Of a DNA stretch of 64,000 bases, positions 30,730 through 40,129 are shown one piece after another. Within the stretch, counting starts at the first letter, position 1, and every line of letters starts with the position of its first letter. Position numbers and translations under genes: made by a program. This DNA is from Promethearchaeota archaeon (GTDB lineage: Archaea; Asgardarchaeota; Lokiarchaeia; Sigyniarchaeales; SOKP01), in contig JBHLNS010000006.1 of NCBI GenBank assembly GCA_048941285.1, positions 32,001-96,000 on the forward strand, read 5' to 3'. Under the pieces are notes generated by a model. The model worked only from the letters and a program-made list of their open reading frames with translations, did no database searches and was not told where the DNA came from.

Positions 30730-31692
30730 TTGATCATAATCAAGGTGATCCGAGCGATTTCCATATTTAAATTATTGACACCAGAAAATATTTTAAAAGG
30801 ATTTTCATATGGAGCTTACTTTTTAAAACATAAAATAAAGAAAATTCCATTTGGAGTAAATTATGATTTAACATGGCAGTGTAATTTAAAATGTAGGCAT
30901 TGTTATTTCAGGTCTTCTGTCCAAGAGTTGGCTAATTATTCAACAAGAAAAATAAAAGATTTAAGTGATGAACAGTGGTTAAAAATTTTTGATTATCACA
31001 GTAAATTAGGTATTAAAAGTGCTTCATTAACAGGAGGAGAGCCTACTCTTAGAATGGAGTTAATACATAAAGCTATAAAAATGTTTCCCTCAGTCCAAAT
31101 TGCTTCAAATGGCATTATCAAATTACCTTGGTTTGATCATCATAAACAACCTATTTATTGGGTCAGCTTAGATGGTGGAGAGGAAATACATAATAATATC
31201 AGAGGAGCAAATATATTTCAAAGAGTAATCGAAAATATCAAAGAGGATAAGAGAGTCTTAATCTCTACTACTATAACTGCCATAAACTATAAGGATATTG
31301 AAAATGTTGTGAATATTGCTTATAATACGGGAGTTTCAGGTATATTTTTCTTAATGTATACCGGTTATCCTAATGATCCTTTATTAATAAAAGGAGAAAA
31401 ATTGAAAACGGTAATTCGTAGTATATTAAAGGTTATGTCAGATTTCGATGATTTTATACTAATTTCCAGGAAAATGCTTGAATTATACATGACTAAAGAA
31501 TTTATACCTCATTGTATTTTTAAAAGTGGAGGGATTAAAAGTTATTACCCTAATGGTCAGCGCAAATTCTGTGTCATGGGAAATTCTCCTTTATTATGTG
31601 AAAATTGTGGTTGTATTGTACCTGTAGCTTCTTATGCTCTTTCTAAACTTGATTCTGAAACTGTTGAAAAATTGCAAAAATTCCCTTTTTAA
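30730..31692 (+). CDS. radical SAM protein
   Basis: CNLKCRHC, TGGEP, VSLDG, C-terminal CENCGC; the true start may be ATT at 30757. Confidence 0.87.
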   Translation: MIIIKVIRAISIFKLLTPENILKGFSYGAYFLKHKIKKIPFGVNYDLTWQCNLKCRHCYFRSSVQELANYSTRKIKDLSDEQWLKIFDYHSKLGIKSASLTGGEPTLRMELIHKAIKMFPSVQIASNGIIKLPWFDHHKQPIYWVSLDGGEEIHNNIRGANIFQRVIENIKEDKRVLISTTITAINYKDIENVVNIAYNTGVSGIFFLMYTGYPNDPLLIKGEKLKTVIRSILKVMSDFDDFILISRKMLELYMTKEFIPHCIFKSGGIKSYYPNGQRKFCVMGNSPLLCENCGCIVPVASYALSKLDSETVEKLQKFPF

Positions 31693-31905
31693 TAAATAAA
31701 GAAAAAATATAATGATTTGATTTTTGTAATTATATTCAGATTTAGCAAAAAGCATCTCTGAATCGGATTTTCGAGAATGTTTATTAGGACGAGCTCAGAC
31801 GACTAAATAAGGCTCTAATAGATGAATAATAATCTTTCTATTAAATAATAATTAAAAGTTTATATGGATTTACAAGAATAATTGAAATTATTTTTATATT
31901 ATCTT

Positions 31906-32457
31906 ATGAAAATCATCCAGATCTTTAGTAAAGATTATCCAAATAATAAAAAATCAGTATTTACGTATGAATCTGATTATTATTATGATATTAAACTCCA
32001 AACAACTAGTAAAAATAGAGGTTGGAGAATATCTATTCAGAAAAAAAAATTCTATTCTATCTTCAAAAAACAAAAAGAAGAATTAGTATTTAATGATTTT
32101 ATAAAAGATGCTGATTATTATACTATGGTAAATGAAGAAGGTGAAGAATATGGTTGGATTTGTATTTCTCACCAGAAATGGAATAACACTGCTAGATTGT
32201 GGAACATCGATGTAAAGCAAGACTATAGAAAGCAGGGTATTGGTAAAAAATTATTAGAATATGGAATATCAAAAGCAAAAGAGTGGAATTGTAGAGCTCT
32301 AACTCTAGAATGTCAAAGCTCGAATTTTCCTGCCATTTCATTTTATCTCCAAAATGATTTCAATTTAACGGGGTTTGATCTTATTGCATATTCAAATCAA
32401 GACATTGAAAAGCATGAAGTCAGGTTAGAAATGTCAAGAATTATCAATTTTAACTAA
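31906..32457 (+). CDS. GNAT N-acetyltransferase (streptothricin acetyltransferase-like)
   Basis: YRKQGIG acetyl-CoA motif, LECQSSN.PA..FY...F...GFD; ORF track start 31882. Confidence 0.85.
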   Translation: MKIIQIFSKDYPNNKKSVFTYESDYYYDIKLQTTSKNRGWRISIQKKKFYSIFKKQKEELVFNDFIKDADYYTMVNEEGEEYGWICISHQKWNNTARLWNIDVKQDYRKQGIGKKLLEYGISKAKEWNCRALTLECQSSNFPAISFYLQNDFNLTGFDLIAYSNQDIEKHEVRLEMSRIINFN

Positions 32458-32483
32458 GAAGAAAAATAAAATTTAATAATAAT

Positions 32484-33575
32484 TTAACTTATTTCTGGAG
32501 GAGGTATAAATACTCTTCTCATTTCGGTTCGTTCTAAGTTTATTGCGTTCTCAGGGCATAAATGAGCACAAACTCCACAGCCTAAACACCTGTCTTCATT
32601 AACAACAGCCACAGTATCAACAACTTCAATAGCCTCAGCAGCACAACTTTGTTCACAAGTTCCACATGCAGAACATATTTCTTCATCTACATGGGCTAGA
32701 TGGGAAGTTAAATCCATTAAGGGAATTGCTCCGGTATAATGTAGTAGAAATGTACCGCAACAGCATTTACAACAATTACAAATACCATCAAGATCCTTTT
32801 CTATATCCAAATTTGTATGAAATGCTTTGTGAACCAGACCCTCATCTTCAGCTTTCTTCATTATTTCCATGGTTTCTTCTTTTGAAATTTTTTCCATAAA
32901 TCCATGTTGAATAAGAAATTCAGCAGTTCTACCAAAAGAAAAACAGTTTCTTCTTTCTTTTGTTGTTTCACATGGCTCATCAAGAAGATCTTTTTTATGT
33001 CTACAATAGCATACCGTCACTCCAATTGTATCATGCATCTCAACTAATTTTGAAATTTCTTCCAGGGGCAAAACAACCTCATCTTTTACTACTACTTCTT
33101 CTTCAACCGGAACGACTCTATCAAGTGAAGGACCGTTTTTGAATTCTTGAACCATTTGATCATAATTAGTTTGAGTATCTTGGACTACTTGTTTATATAA
33201 TCTGGAGTATAATCTTGCCAGATTTTTTGCTCTTTCATCAGTCTCGCCACGCATCAAGGTAAATTCAATAATTCCCGGAAGTAAGGGAGTCTTCCGATAA
33301 ACCATAACTCCTGTACTTCTGCTGGGAATACCAGAAATCACACCTATGTTCATTAAATCATTTAACATCTTATTAAGAGACTCATCATCCATATCAGTTA
33401 AAGGCTTGATCTCATCAAAATTATATGAAGCCTTTCTAAGTAATGTAATAAATTTCGCTTGTTCTTCAGTAAGTAGAGTTTGCATTATTTCTATAATGAT
33501 ATCACTTACTCTTATTGGTAACCTTCCCGCTTTTATAAAATTTCTTGCTACTTTAAACCATAATTTTTCAGACAT
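32484..33575 (-). CDS. 4Fe-4S binding protein
   Basis: CYCR, EDEGLVH, ICNCCKCCC, and a C-terminal 2x CxxCxxCxxxC ferredoxin. Confidence 0.88.
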   Translation of the reverse strand: MSEKLWFKVARNFIKAGRLPIRVSDIIIEIMQTLLTEEQAKFITLLRKASYNFDEIKPLTDMDDESLNKMLNDLMNIGVISGIPSRSTGVMVYRKTPLLPGIIEFTLMRGETDERAKNLARLYSRLYKQVVQDTQTNYDQMVQEFKNGPSLDRVVPVEEEVVVKDEVVLPLEEISKLVEMHDTIGVTVCYCRHKKDLLDEPCETTKERRNCFSFGRTAEFLIQHGFMEKISKEETMEIMKKAEDEGLVHKAFHTNLDIEKDLDGICNCCKCCCGTFLLHYTGAIPLMDLTSHLAHVDEEICSACGTCEQSCAAEAIEVVDTVAVVNEDRCLGCGVCAHLCPENAINLERTEMRRVFIPPPEIS

Positions 33576-33626
33576 TTTTAACCAGTTTCTCGATTCAGAT
33601 AATATAATATATTCATTTTATTAATA

Positions 33627-33657
33627 TTCAAAATAGAACTATTTGTACTATTTTGAA
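33627..33657. promoter_or_regulatory. inverted repeat (13-bp arms, 1 mismatch) between divergent genes; candidate operator
   Basis: TTCAAAATAGAAC-TATTT-GTACTATTTTGAA. Confidence 0.5.
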
Positions 33658-33739
33658 CGATTAAGTATTTTAGTAAATGATTATAATTAAACTTATTAGA
33701 TTGAATATTCAAATCAAAACAGATCAATGTGATTAAATC

Positions 33740-35413
33740 TTGTTTGATAAAAATTATCTTTATAAAATAAAGCAAGAAAAAGAGAAATGGGATGAAAAAA
33801 TAAAAGGTGCAAAAGAGCGCAATATTAAATTCGTTACGGATTCTGATATTCCTATTAAGCAATTATATACACCTTTAGATGTAAAAGGTGATTATTTTGA
33901 AAATATTGGCTACCCGGGTTACCCTCCTTATACGAGAGGTGTTTATCCTTCAATGTATCGAGGAAGACTCTGGACAATGAGACTATTTTCTGGTCATGGA
34001 ACTCCTGAAGAAACAAATAAGAGATGGAAATTTCTATATGCGAATGGTGAAACTGGTTTTAGTGCCGCTGTAGATGCTTTAACGTTTAATGGAATTGATC
34101 CTACTAATAAAGACGGAGCCCCGGAAGTGGGGACATCTGGTGTACCACTTTATTGTATAGACAGTCTTTTTGCTCTCACTGAAGATATTCCAATAGACAA
34201 AATTAGTGTAGCCTTAGTTGTAGAACCTTTTACTTCTGCTCCCGTTTGCTCAATGTATTTTAACATGGCAAAAATGCGTGGATATGATATTAAACAATTG
34301 ATGGGAACAACTCAAAATGATATTTTAACAATGACAGTTGGCTACATCCCATATAAAAATAGTCCCCCTTATCACATTCTTCGATTAGCATGTGATTTTA
34401 TAGAATGGACAGTCGCACAAAAAAATGTACCAAAATGGCACCCTATAAACTTTACTGGATATAATTACCGAGAAGGAGGAATCGATGCTGTCCAAGAATT
34501 GGGTTTTGTATTTGCAAGTGCTTGTTCTCATATTGATAATTTAGTTGAAAGGGGATGGAAAGCTGATGATTTTGTTGGGCGTTTGGCATTTCACTTAGCA
34601 GCGCATAAGGACTTTTTTGAAGAGATTGCTAAATTTAGAGCTGCTCGAAGGATTTGGTATAAATTAATGAAAGATAAGTATGAAGTAAAAGATCCTAGAA
34701 ATCTGGGTTTTCGATTCCATGTACAAACTGCTGGTTCTTCTTTAACGGCACAATCACCTAAAATTAATATTGTAAGAACAGCAATTCAAGCCTTAGAAGC
34801 AAATTTAGGTGGATGCCAATCATTACACACAAATTCGTATGATGAAGCTATTTGTTTACCCTCCGAAGAAGCAGCTTTAGTAGCCTTAAGAACTCAACAA
34901 GTAATTTCAGATGAAACTAGAATCCATAATACTATAGATCCTCTCGCTGGATCTTATTTTATTGAATGGTTAACAGATGAAGTTGAAGAAAGAGTGTGGA
35001 AATACATTGATAAAATCCAAAAGGTTGGAACTATTGATAAAGCACTCTCCACTGGATTTTTATATAAAGAGATGAGGGACGCTTTTCATAAACGAAGAAT
35101 GAAAATCGAAAATGGTGATGAAATTATGTTGGGAGTTAATAAATACCCTGTTCCTTATGACACTGTCACAGACGTTTTTAGAACAAATAAAGAAGCAATA
35201 GATATTGAAGTTCGTCGAATTGAAAAGTTAAAAGCTCGTAGGGATAATGCAAAATTAGAAAAAATCCTTGATAAACTACGGAATGTTTGTGAAAAAGAAG
35301 AAAATGTAATGCCAATCGTTATGGAAGCCACAAAGGAAGGAGCTACATGTGGGGAAGTATGTGACATATACAGGGAAATTTGGGGAACTTGGGACCCTCC
35401 CTTAGCAATTTAA
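33740..35413 (+). CDS. B12-dependent acyl-CoA mutase large subunit (methylmalonyl-CoA mutase family)
   Basis: PG.PPYTRG.Y..MYRGRLWTMR, GT.QND, EEIAKFRAARR, GG.QSLHTNSYDE, DPLAGSY. Confidence 0.93.
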   Translation: MFDKNYLYKIKQEKEKWDEKIKGAKERNIKFVTDSDIPIKQLYTPLDVKGDYFENIGYPGYPPYTRGVYPSMYRGRLWTMRLFSGHGTPEETNKRWKFLYANGETGFSAAVDALTFNGIDPTNKDGAPEVGTSGVPLYCIDSLFALTEDIPIDKISVALVVEPFTSAPVCSMYFNMAKMRGYDIKQLMGTTQNDILTMTVGYIPYKNSPPYHILRLACDFIEWTVAQKNVPKWHPINFTGYNYREGGIDAVQELGFVFASACSHIDNLVERGWKADDFVGRLAFHLAAHKDFFEEIAKFRAARRIWYKLMKDKYEVKDPRNLGFRFHVQTAGSSLTAQSPKINIVRTAIQALEANLGGCQSLHTNSYDEAICLPSEEAALVALRTQQVISDETRIHNTIDPLAGSYFIEWLTDEVEERVWKYIDKIQKVGTIDKALSTGFLYKEMRDAFHKRRMKIENGDEIMLGVNKYPVPYDTVTDVFRTNKEAIDIEVRRIEKLKARRDNAKLEKILDKLRNVCEKEENVMPIVMEATKEGATCGEVCDIYREIWGTWDPPLAI

Positions 35414-35431
35414 TTTACGGAGGTATCAATT

Positions 35432-35830
35432 ATGAGTGAGAAGAAGATAAGAGTTTTGATGTCTAAACCAGGCATCGATGGACATTGGCGTGGGGGCATA
35501 GTTGTATCAAGAGCGATAAGGGATGCAGGGATGGAACTCATTTTTGGAGGATTTCAAAATACCCAACAAATTGTTGAGTCTGCTATCCAGGAGGATGTTG
35601 ATGTAATTGGATTAAGTATTCATTCTGGAGCTCATTTTGCCTATACACAACAAATTATTGATCTCTTAAGAGAACGTGGTGTACTTGACAATATTATGAT
35701 ATTAGTTGGTGGAGTAGTTCCCGCGAAGGATTTTGCTAAATTAAAAGAGATGGGTGTTGCTAATGTATATGGCCCAGGGTCAATGACAAGCGATATCGTA
35801 GAGTTTATAAGAAAAAACGTAAAAAAATAA
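35432..35830 (+). CDS. acyl-CoA mutase cobalamin-binding subunit
   Basis: DGHWRG (DxHxxG), S..SGAH, VGG. Confidence 0.93.
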   Translation: MSEKKIRVLMSKPGIDGHWRGGIVVSRAIRDAGMELIFGGFQNTQQIVESAIQEDVDVIGLSIHSGAHFAYTQQIIDLLRERGVLDNIMILVGGVVPAKDFAKLKEMGVANVYGPGSMTSDIVEFIRKNVKK

Positions 35831-35988
35831 GAGAAGTTAAATCAGCTTTTTTATAATTTTTTTCATTTACCTTTTAATTATCAAGAATTTATTTATTAAA
35901 CACTATGTCAAAAAATAAAAAAGAAATGTAGCATTTTTTTTATCAAATTATAATTTTACATCTATTTTTCATTGAGGAATGTATTTCA

Positions 35989-36963
35989 TTGAATGCTTCA
36001 TATGATATAGAAACTCTCATTAGTAGATTTAAAAAAAAAGATAAAATTGCCTTAGCAAAATTGATAACACTTATCGAAAATGAACCAGAGAGAGCACATG
36101 AAATATTTAAGCATTTTGAAGATATAAATCATGATTCATACATTATAGGAATAACAGGTTCTCCTGGGGTCGGAAAAAGTACATTAACAGGCCAAATAAC
36201 AAAAAATATGTTGAAAGAAGGAAAATCTGTGGGAATTATTTGCGTTGATCCTACATCTCCTTTTAGTGGAGGGGCATTTTTGGGTGATAGGGTTCGTATG
36301 ACAGATATTTCGCTACATCCAAACGTATTTTTACGGAGTTTAGCATCAAGGGGTTATAAAGGGGGAATCTCAAGAGCAGTTTTTGATATTTGTTTATTAT
36401 TTGAAGCATATGGAATGGATATAATTATAATTGAGACTGTTGGTGTTGGGCAAGCTGAATTTGATATTTATAATCTTGCGTATTCTGTAGTTGTAGTGTT
36501 AGTTCCAGGATATGGTGATGCAATTCAAATGCAGAAAGCAGGGATTATTGAGATTGGTGATATATACAACATAAACAAAAAAGACTTAGGTGGGGAAGAT
36601 ATAGCTGTTCAAATTGAAATGATGCTTGATGATACCGTATTTCAAAGTGGGTGGAGGCCACCAGTTTCTATGACTGATGCAATTGCAGGGGAGGGAGTAG
36701 ATGAACTTATCCAGAATATATGGGATCATAAAGAACATCTTGAGCTATCAGAAGCTATTAATGAAAAAAAGAAGAATAGATTCACATATAAGATTAGAGA
36801 ACTAATTTATTCCAAAATTGAAAAACTTGTTTCAGAAAGCTTTCTTAATGAAAGTGATATTAATGAAATAGTAAATCACGCGGTCGACGATGGAAAATTT
36901 AAAATCTACCGCATAATCCATAATAAATTCGAAGATGTAAATTTCGAAATTAAAAAAAAATAA
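35989..36963 (+). CDS. meaB: MeaB/ArgK GTPase chaperone
   Basis: GITGSPGVGKST, VDPTSPFSGGA.LGDR.RM, ETVGVGQ, NK.D. Confidence 0.95.
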   Translation: MNASYDIETLISRFKKKDKIALAKLITLIENEPERAHEIFKHFEDINHDSYIIGITGSPGVGKSTLTGQITKNMLKEGKSVGIICVDPTSPFSGGAFLGDRVRMTDISLHPNVFLRSLASRGYKGGISRAVFDICLLFEAYGMDIIIIETVGVGQAEFDIYNLAYSVVVVLVPGYGDAIQMQKAGIIEIGDIYNINKKDLGGEDIAVQIEMMLDDTVFQSGWRPPVSMTDAIAGEGVDELIQNIWDHKEHLELSEAINEKKKNRFTYKIRELIYSKIEKLVSESFLNESDINEIVNHAVDDGKFKIYRIIHNKFEDVNFEIKKK

Positions 36964-37035
36964 TTAAATTACTTCTTATTATTCAAAGAAGCAAAAATAA
37001 ATCGAAAACTTACTTAAACTGAATTTTTATTAATT

Positions 37036-37854
37036 ATGCCAATACTAGGAATAGATTATGAAAAATGTAACAATTGTCAAATTTGCTATTATGTATGCAC
37101 AGGATATTTTAGACGTGATAAAGAACTAAATAAAATCGTATTTGAAGATCCTAATAATCTTTGCTATTTATGTGGGCGGTGCATAGCAATGTGTAAAATG
37201 GATGCGATTTTGTATGAGAATCTAGGAGACGTAATAACATTTGAAGAAGTTCAGGATCCAAGTACTTTAATTCCGTATGAAACTATGCATAAATTTATGA
37301 GTGCTAAACGGTCAATTAGAGGTTTTAAAAAGAAAAAAGTTCCAAGGGTTTTATTAGAAAAAGTCTTAGATACTATGAAATATGCCCCTACGGGAGGCAA
37401 TATCCGAACATTACAATGTACTATAATTTCTGATGATGACAAAATCAAAAAGTTATCAGAATTGGTTATGGATCGAATCATTGCTTCAAATAATCCACGG
37501 TATAGTGAAAGAATGAGAAAAGCCAGAGAGCGTGGAATAGATAGCATATTTTATAATGCCCCCCATGTAATGATAATACACTCAAGTAATCCAGGAGATG
37601 GTATGAATTCCACAATAGCTTTGACCTACGGAATGTTATGTGCTCAAACATTAGGACTGGGAACTTGTTGGATTGGATTAGCTCATGGAGTTCTCTCCAT
37701 GAGTACTCCATGGAGTTTAGAAGCACGTAAGAAAATTGCGGGGATTGACGGTTTTGTGGGGGGTGTAATTATTATCGGATATCCTACACAAATTTATTAT
37801 AGAGTACCACCACGCCCAGATATAAAAACTAAGGGTTTTAATGAACTAGAATAA
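37036..37854 (+). CDS. nitroreductase family protein with N-terminal ferredoxin
   Basis: Two CxxCxxCxxxC motifs, KRSIRGF, APTGGN, GLGTCWIG. Confidence 0.9.
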   Translation: MPILGIDYEKCNNCQICYYVCTGYFRRDKELNKIVFEDPNNLCYLCGRCIAMCKMDAILYENLGDVITFEEVQDPSTLIPYETMHKFMSAKRSIRGFKKKKVPRVLLEKVLDTMKYAPTGGNIRTLQCTIISDDDKIKKLSELVMDRIIASNNPRYSERMRKARERGIDSIFYNAPHVMIIHSSNPGDGMNSTIALTYGMLCAQTLGLGTCWIGLAHGVLSMSTPWSLEARKKIAGIDGFVGGVIIIGYPTQIYYRVPPRPDIKTKGFNELE

Positions 37855-37890
37855 ATTGGTTAAAACATTTATTAAGATGATAAGAGATTA

Positions 37891-38250
37891 ATGGTTGAAT
37901 TTTGTCCTGAATGTGGAAATTTATTAAGAAAAAAAACCTGTAGATGTGGTTATACAGAACGTGAAACCACAACTGATAAAATATCTTTAATCCAAATGTG
38001 GGAACCTCCCTCCCCCAATATCATTTATTGTAAAATAACGGCTACTCCATACGAGAAACTTAAGTTAATGTTAAATAAGGGAGTGTATCCCGGAAAATTA
38101 AAGGAAATTAAAGAAAAAGTAAGAAATCACCTTTATTCTTGTGACGATTGTGTGTATTTTCATGAGGAAATATCTCATTGTAAAATAAAAAATAAATACA
38201 TAAAAGAAGACTCAATTTGTAAGACTTTTGAACCGTATGAAAAAATTTAG
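37891..38250 (+). CDS. Cys-rich zinc-ribbon protein
   Basis: FCPECGNLL...CRCGY at the N-terminus; CDDCVYF...C...C at the C-terminus. Confidence 0.7.
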   Translation: MVEFCPECGNLLRKKTCRCGYTERETTTDKISLIQMWEPPSPNIIYCKITATPYEKLKLMLNKGVYPGKLKEIKEKVRNHLYSCDDCVYFHEEISHCKIKNKYIKEDSICKTFEPYEKI

Positions 38251-38442
38251 TTCAAGAAGAGCACCTTATTTTTTTTAAGGCTTCTATTAGGATAAGTATT
38301 TTAACATAAGATTAAAATTCCTTTCTTGACATCCCTTTCTATTTATCAAATAAATCTTTAAATAATTTAAAATTCATATAATAATATTCAGTACATAAAT
38401 TGTGAATAAATCTTTAAATTCTCTCAGAATATCAATTGAAAG

Positions 38443-38928
38443 GTGGATAATATCACTCAAATAGAAAAATTTCATAATTTGAGTAGAGATCTAAAAGCCA
38501 AGAATTTAATTAAGGAAACTAAAATTAGTACTGTTGGTAGATTAGCCAAAATGCTAGTTGATTTGTTTGGTTCGGATGAAATATTTAAATCAATTGGTAA
38601 AGTTGATGGTCAAGAAATTGAAGTATATTTTAAAGCTATGGATAAATATTTAACTTTTATTTTAACAACAGATAGAGAAAATTTTGATTGTTATGTTGAT
38701 AGAGCCAAAAATCCAGTTTCTAGAGTTATAATAGCAGTTAAAGAAGAAAAGATACTTCAAGTATTCAGTTCGATTGTAAGATCAAAAAACAATTTTTTTG
38801 GATTGCTTAAATTGTTGAAATATATAATTCCTGGAAAAGTAAGGATCAAAGGCTCATATATTACCACTTTAAAATGGGTAAGATGCATAATGATTGGTAA
38901 TCACAGCGTTTATAAAAATGATAAATGA
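38443..38928 (+). CDS. hypothetical protein, probable SCP2-like lipid-binding fold
   Basis: C-terminal II.GKVRIKGS resembles the SCP2 GKLKI.G motif; first gene of the operon. Confidence 0.55.
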   Translation: MDNITQIEKFHNLSRDLKAKNLIKETKISTVGRLAKMLVDLFGSDEIFKSIGKVDGQEIEVYFKAMDKYLTFILTTDRENFDCYVDRAKNPVSRVIIAVKEEKILQVFSSIVRSKNNFFGLLKLLKYIIPGKVRIKGSYITTLKWVRCIMIGNHSVYKNDK

Positions 38929-38937
38929 GGTTTAAAT

Positions 38938-40089
38938 ATGAATTTGCAGGACGATCCTTTTCTAAGAATTTCGAACACAATAGTAAATCCATATATAACA
39001 GAATGGCAAAAAAACAATAAAAAAATTATAGGTCATTATTGTACATATATTCCAGAAGAATTACTATATGCTGCAGATTTATTCCCTTATAGAATTAGAG
39101 CAACTGGACATGAATATACGGATTTAGCAGATATCTATATGGTAAGATTCACGTGCTCTTTTGTTAGAGCAACTTTGGATATGGCATTAAGAGGTATGTA
39201 TGATTTTTTAGATGCTCTTTTTATTTGTAATTCTTGTGATCATTCTAGACGTATGTTTGAATTATTTGATTTAAAAGTATTTCGAAGAGAAGGATTTATG
39301 AAGAGAGTTCCAAGATATTATGTTTCTATTCCTCACGTTATTACAGAAGAAGGTTTTTATTGGTACAAAAGAGAAATTGAAGAATTAAAAGAAAATATTG
39401 AGAAAAATTTCATAAAAAAAGCAATTACCAATAAGGCTCTTCAATCTTCGATAGAAATACATAATGAAAATCGCAGACTCCTTAGAAAAATTCACGAATT
39501 ACGAATTATTGATGCACCAAAACTTAACGGAACTGAAGCTCTACAAATATCAATAGCAAACGCCTCAGTTCCAAAAAATATTGCCAATCAAGAGTTGGAA
39601 CGGATTTATGGTATTTTAAATGAAAAAGAAGGAATAAATGGAAATTCTAAAAGAATAATGTTGATTGGCAGTGAAGTTGATGATATATCCTTTACCAAGC
39701 TTATTGAGAATTCGGGGGCAATTTTAGTATCTGATTTCTTATGTTTTGGTACACGGAATTTCTTAGATGATGTAAAAGTAGCTGAGGGGCGTACTCCGCT
39801 AGAGAGTATTATAAATAGGGTATATTTCAGAATGTCTTGCCCTAGAATGATGGATGATCATGTTAGGAGACTAAAATTTTTAAAAAGAGAAATTGATAGA
39901 GCAAATGTCGATGGAGTAATATTACAAAGAGTAAATAATTGTGATCTTTATGGATGTGAAAATATGATGTTACTTCATGAATTAAGGGAATTAAATATTC
40001 CTATTCTGAATATGGATAGAGAATTTTACCAAACTGATACCACAAGAATGCAAACAAGAATAGAAGCATTTCTCGAAATGATTTCTTAA
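38938..40089 (+). CDS. 2-hydroxyacyl-CoA dehydratase subunit (HgdB/HadC/BcrC-like)
   Basis: CTYIPEEL..A, CSF, CD, CFG.R, CP, CD, TRIEAFLEM. Confidence 0.9.
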   Translation: MNLQDDPFLRISNTIVNPYITEWQKNNKKIIGHYCTYIPEELLYAADLFPYRIRATGHEYTDLADIYMVRFTCSFVRATLDMALRGMYDFLDALFICNSCDHSRRMFELFDLKVFRREGFMKRVPRYYVSIPHVITEEGFYWYKREIEELKENIEKNFIKKAITNKALQSSIEIHNENRRLLRKIHELRIIDAPKLNGTEALQISIANASVPKNIANQELERIYGILNEKEGINGNSKRIMLIGSEVDDISFTKLIENSGAILVSDFLCFGTRNFLDDVKVAEGRTPLESIINRVYFRMSCPRMMDDHVRRLKFLKREIDRANVDGVILQRVNNCDLYGCENMMLLHELRELNIPILNMDREFYQTDTTRMQTRIEAFLEMIS

Positions 40090-40129
40090 TAAATTCAGAT
40101 TATAAATTAAGAGTAGGTGGTGAATAATC

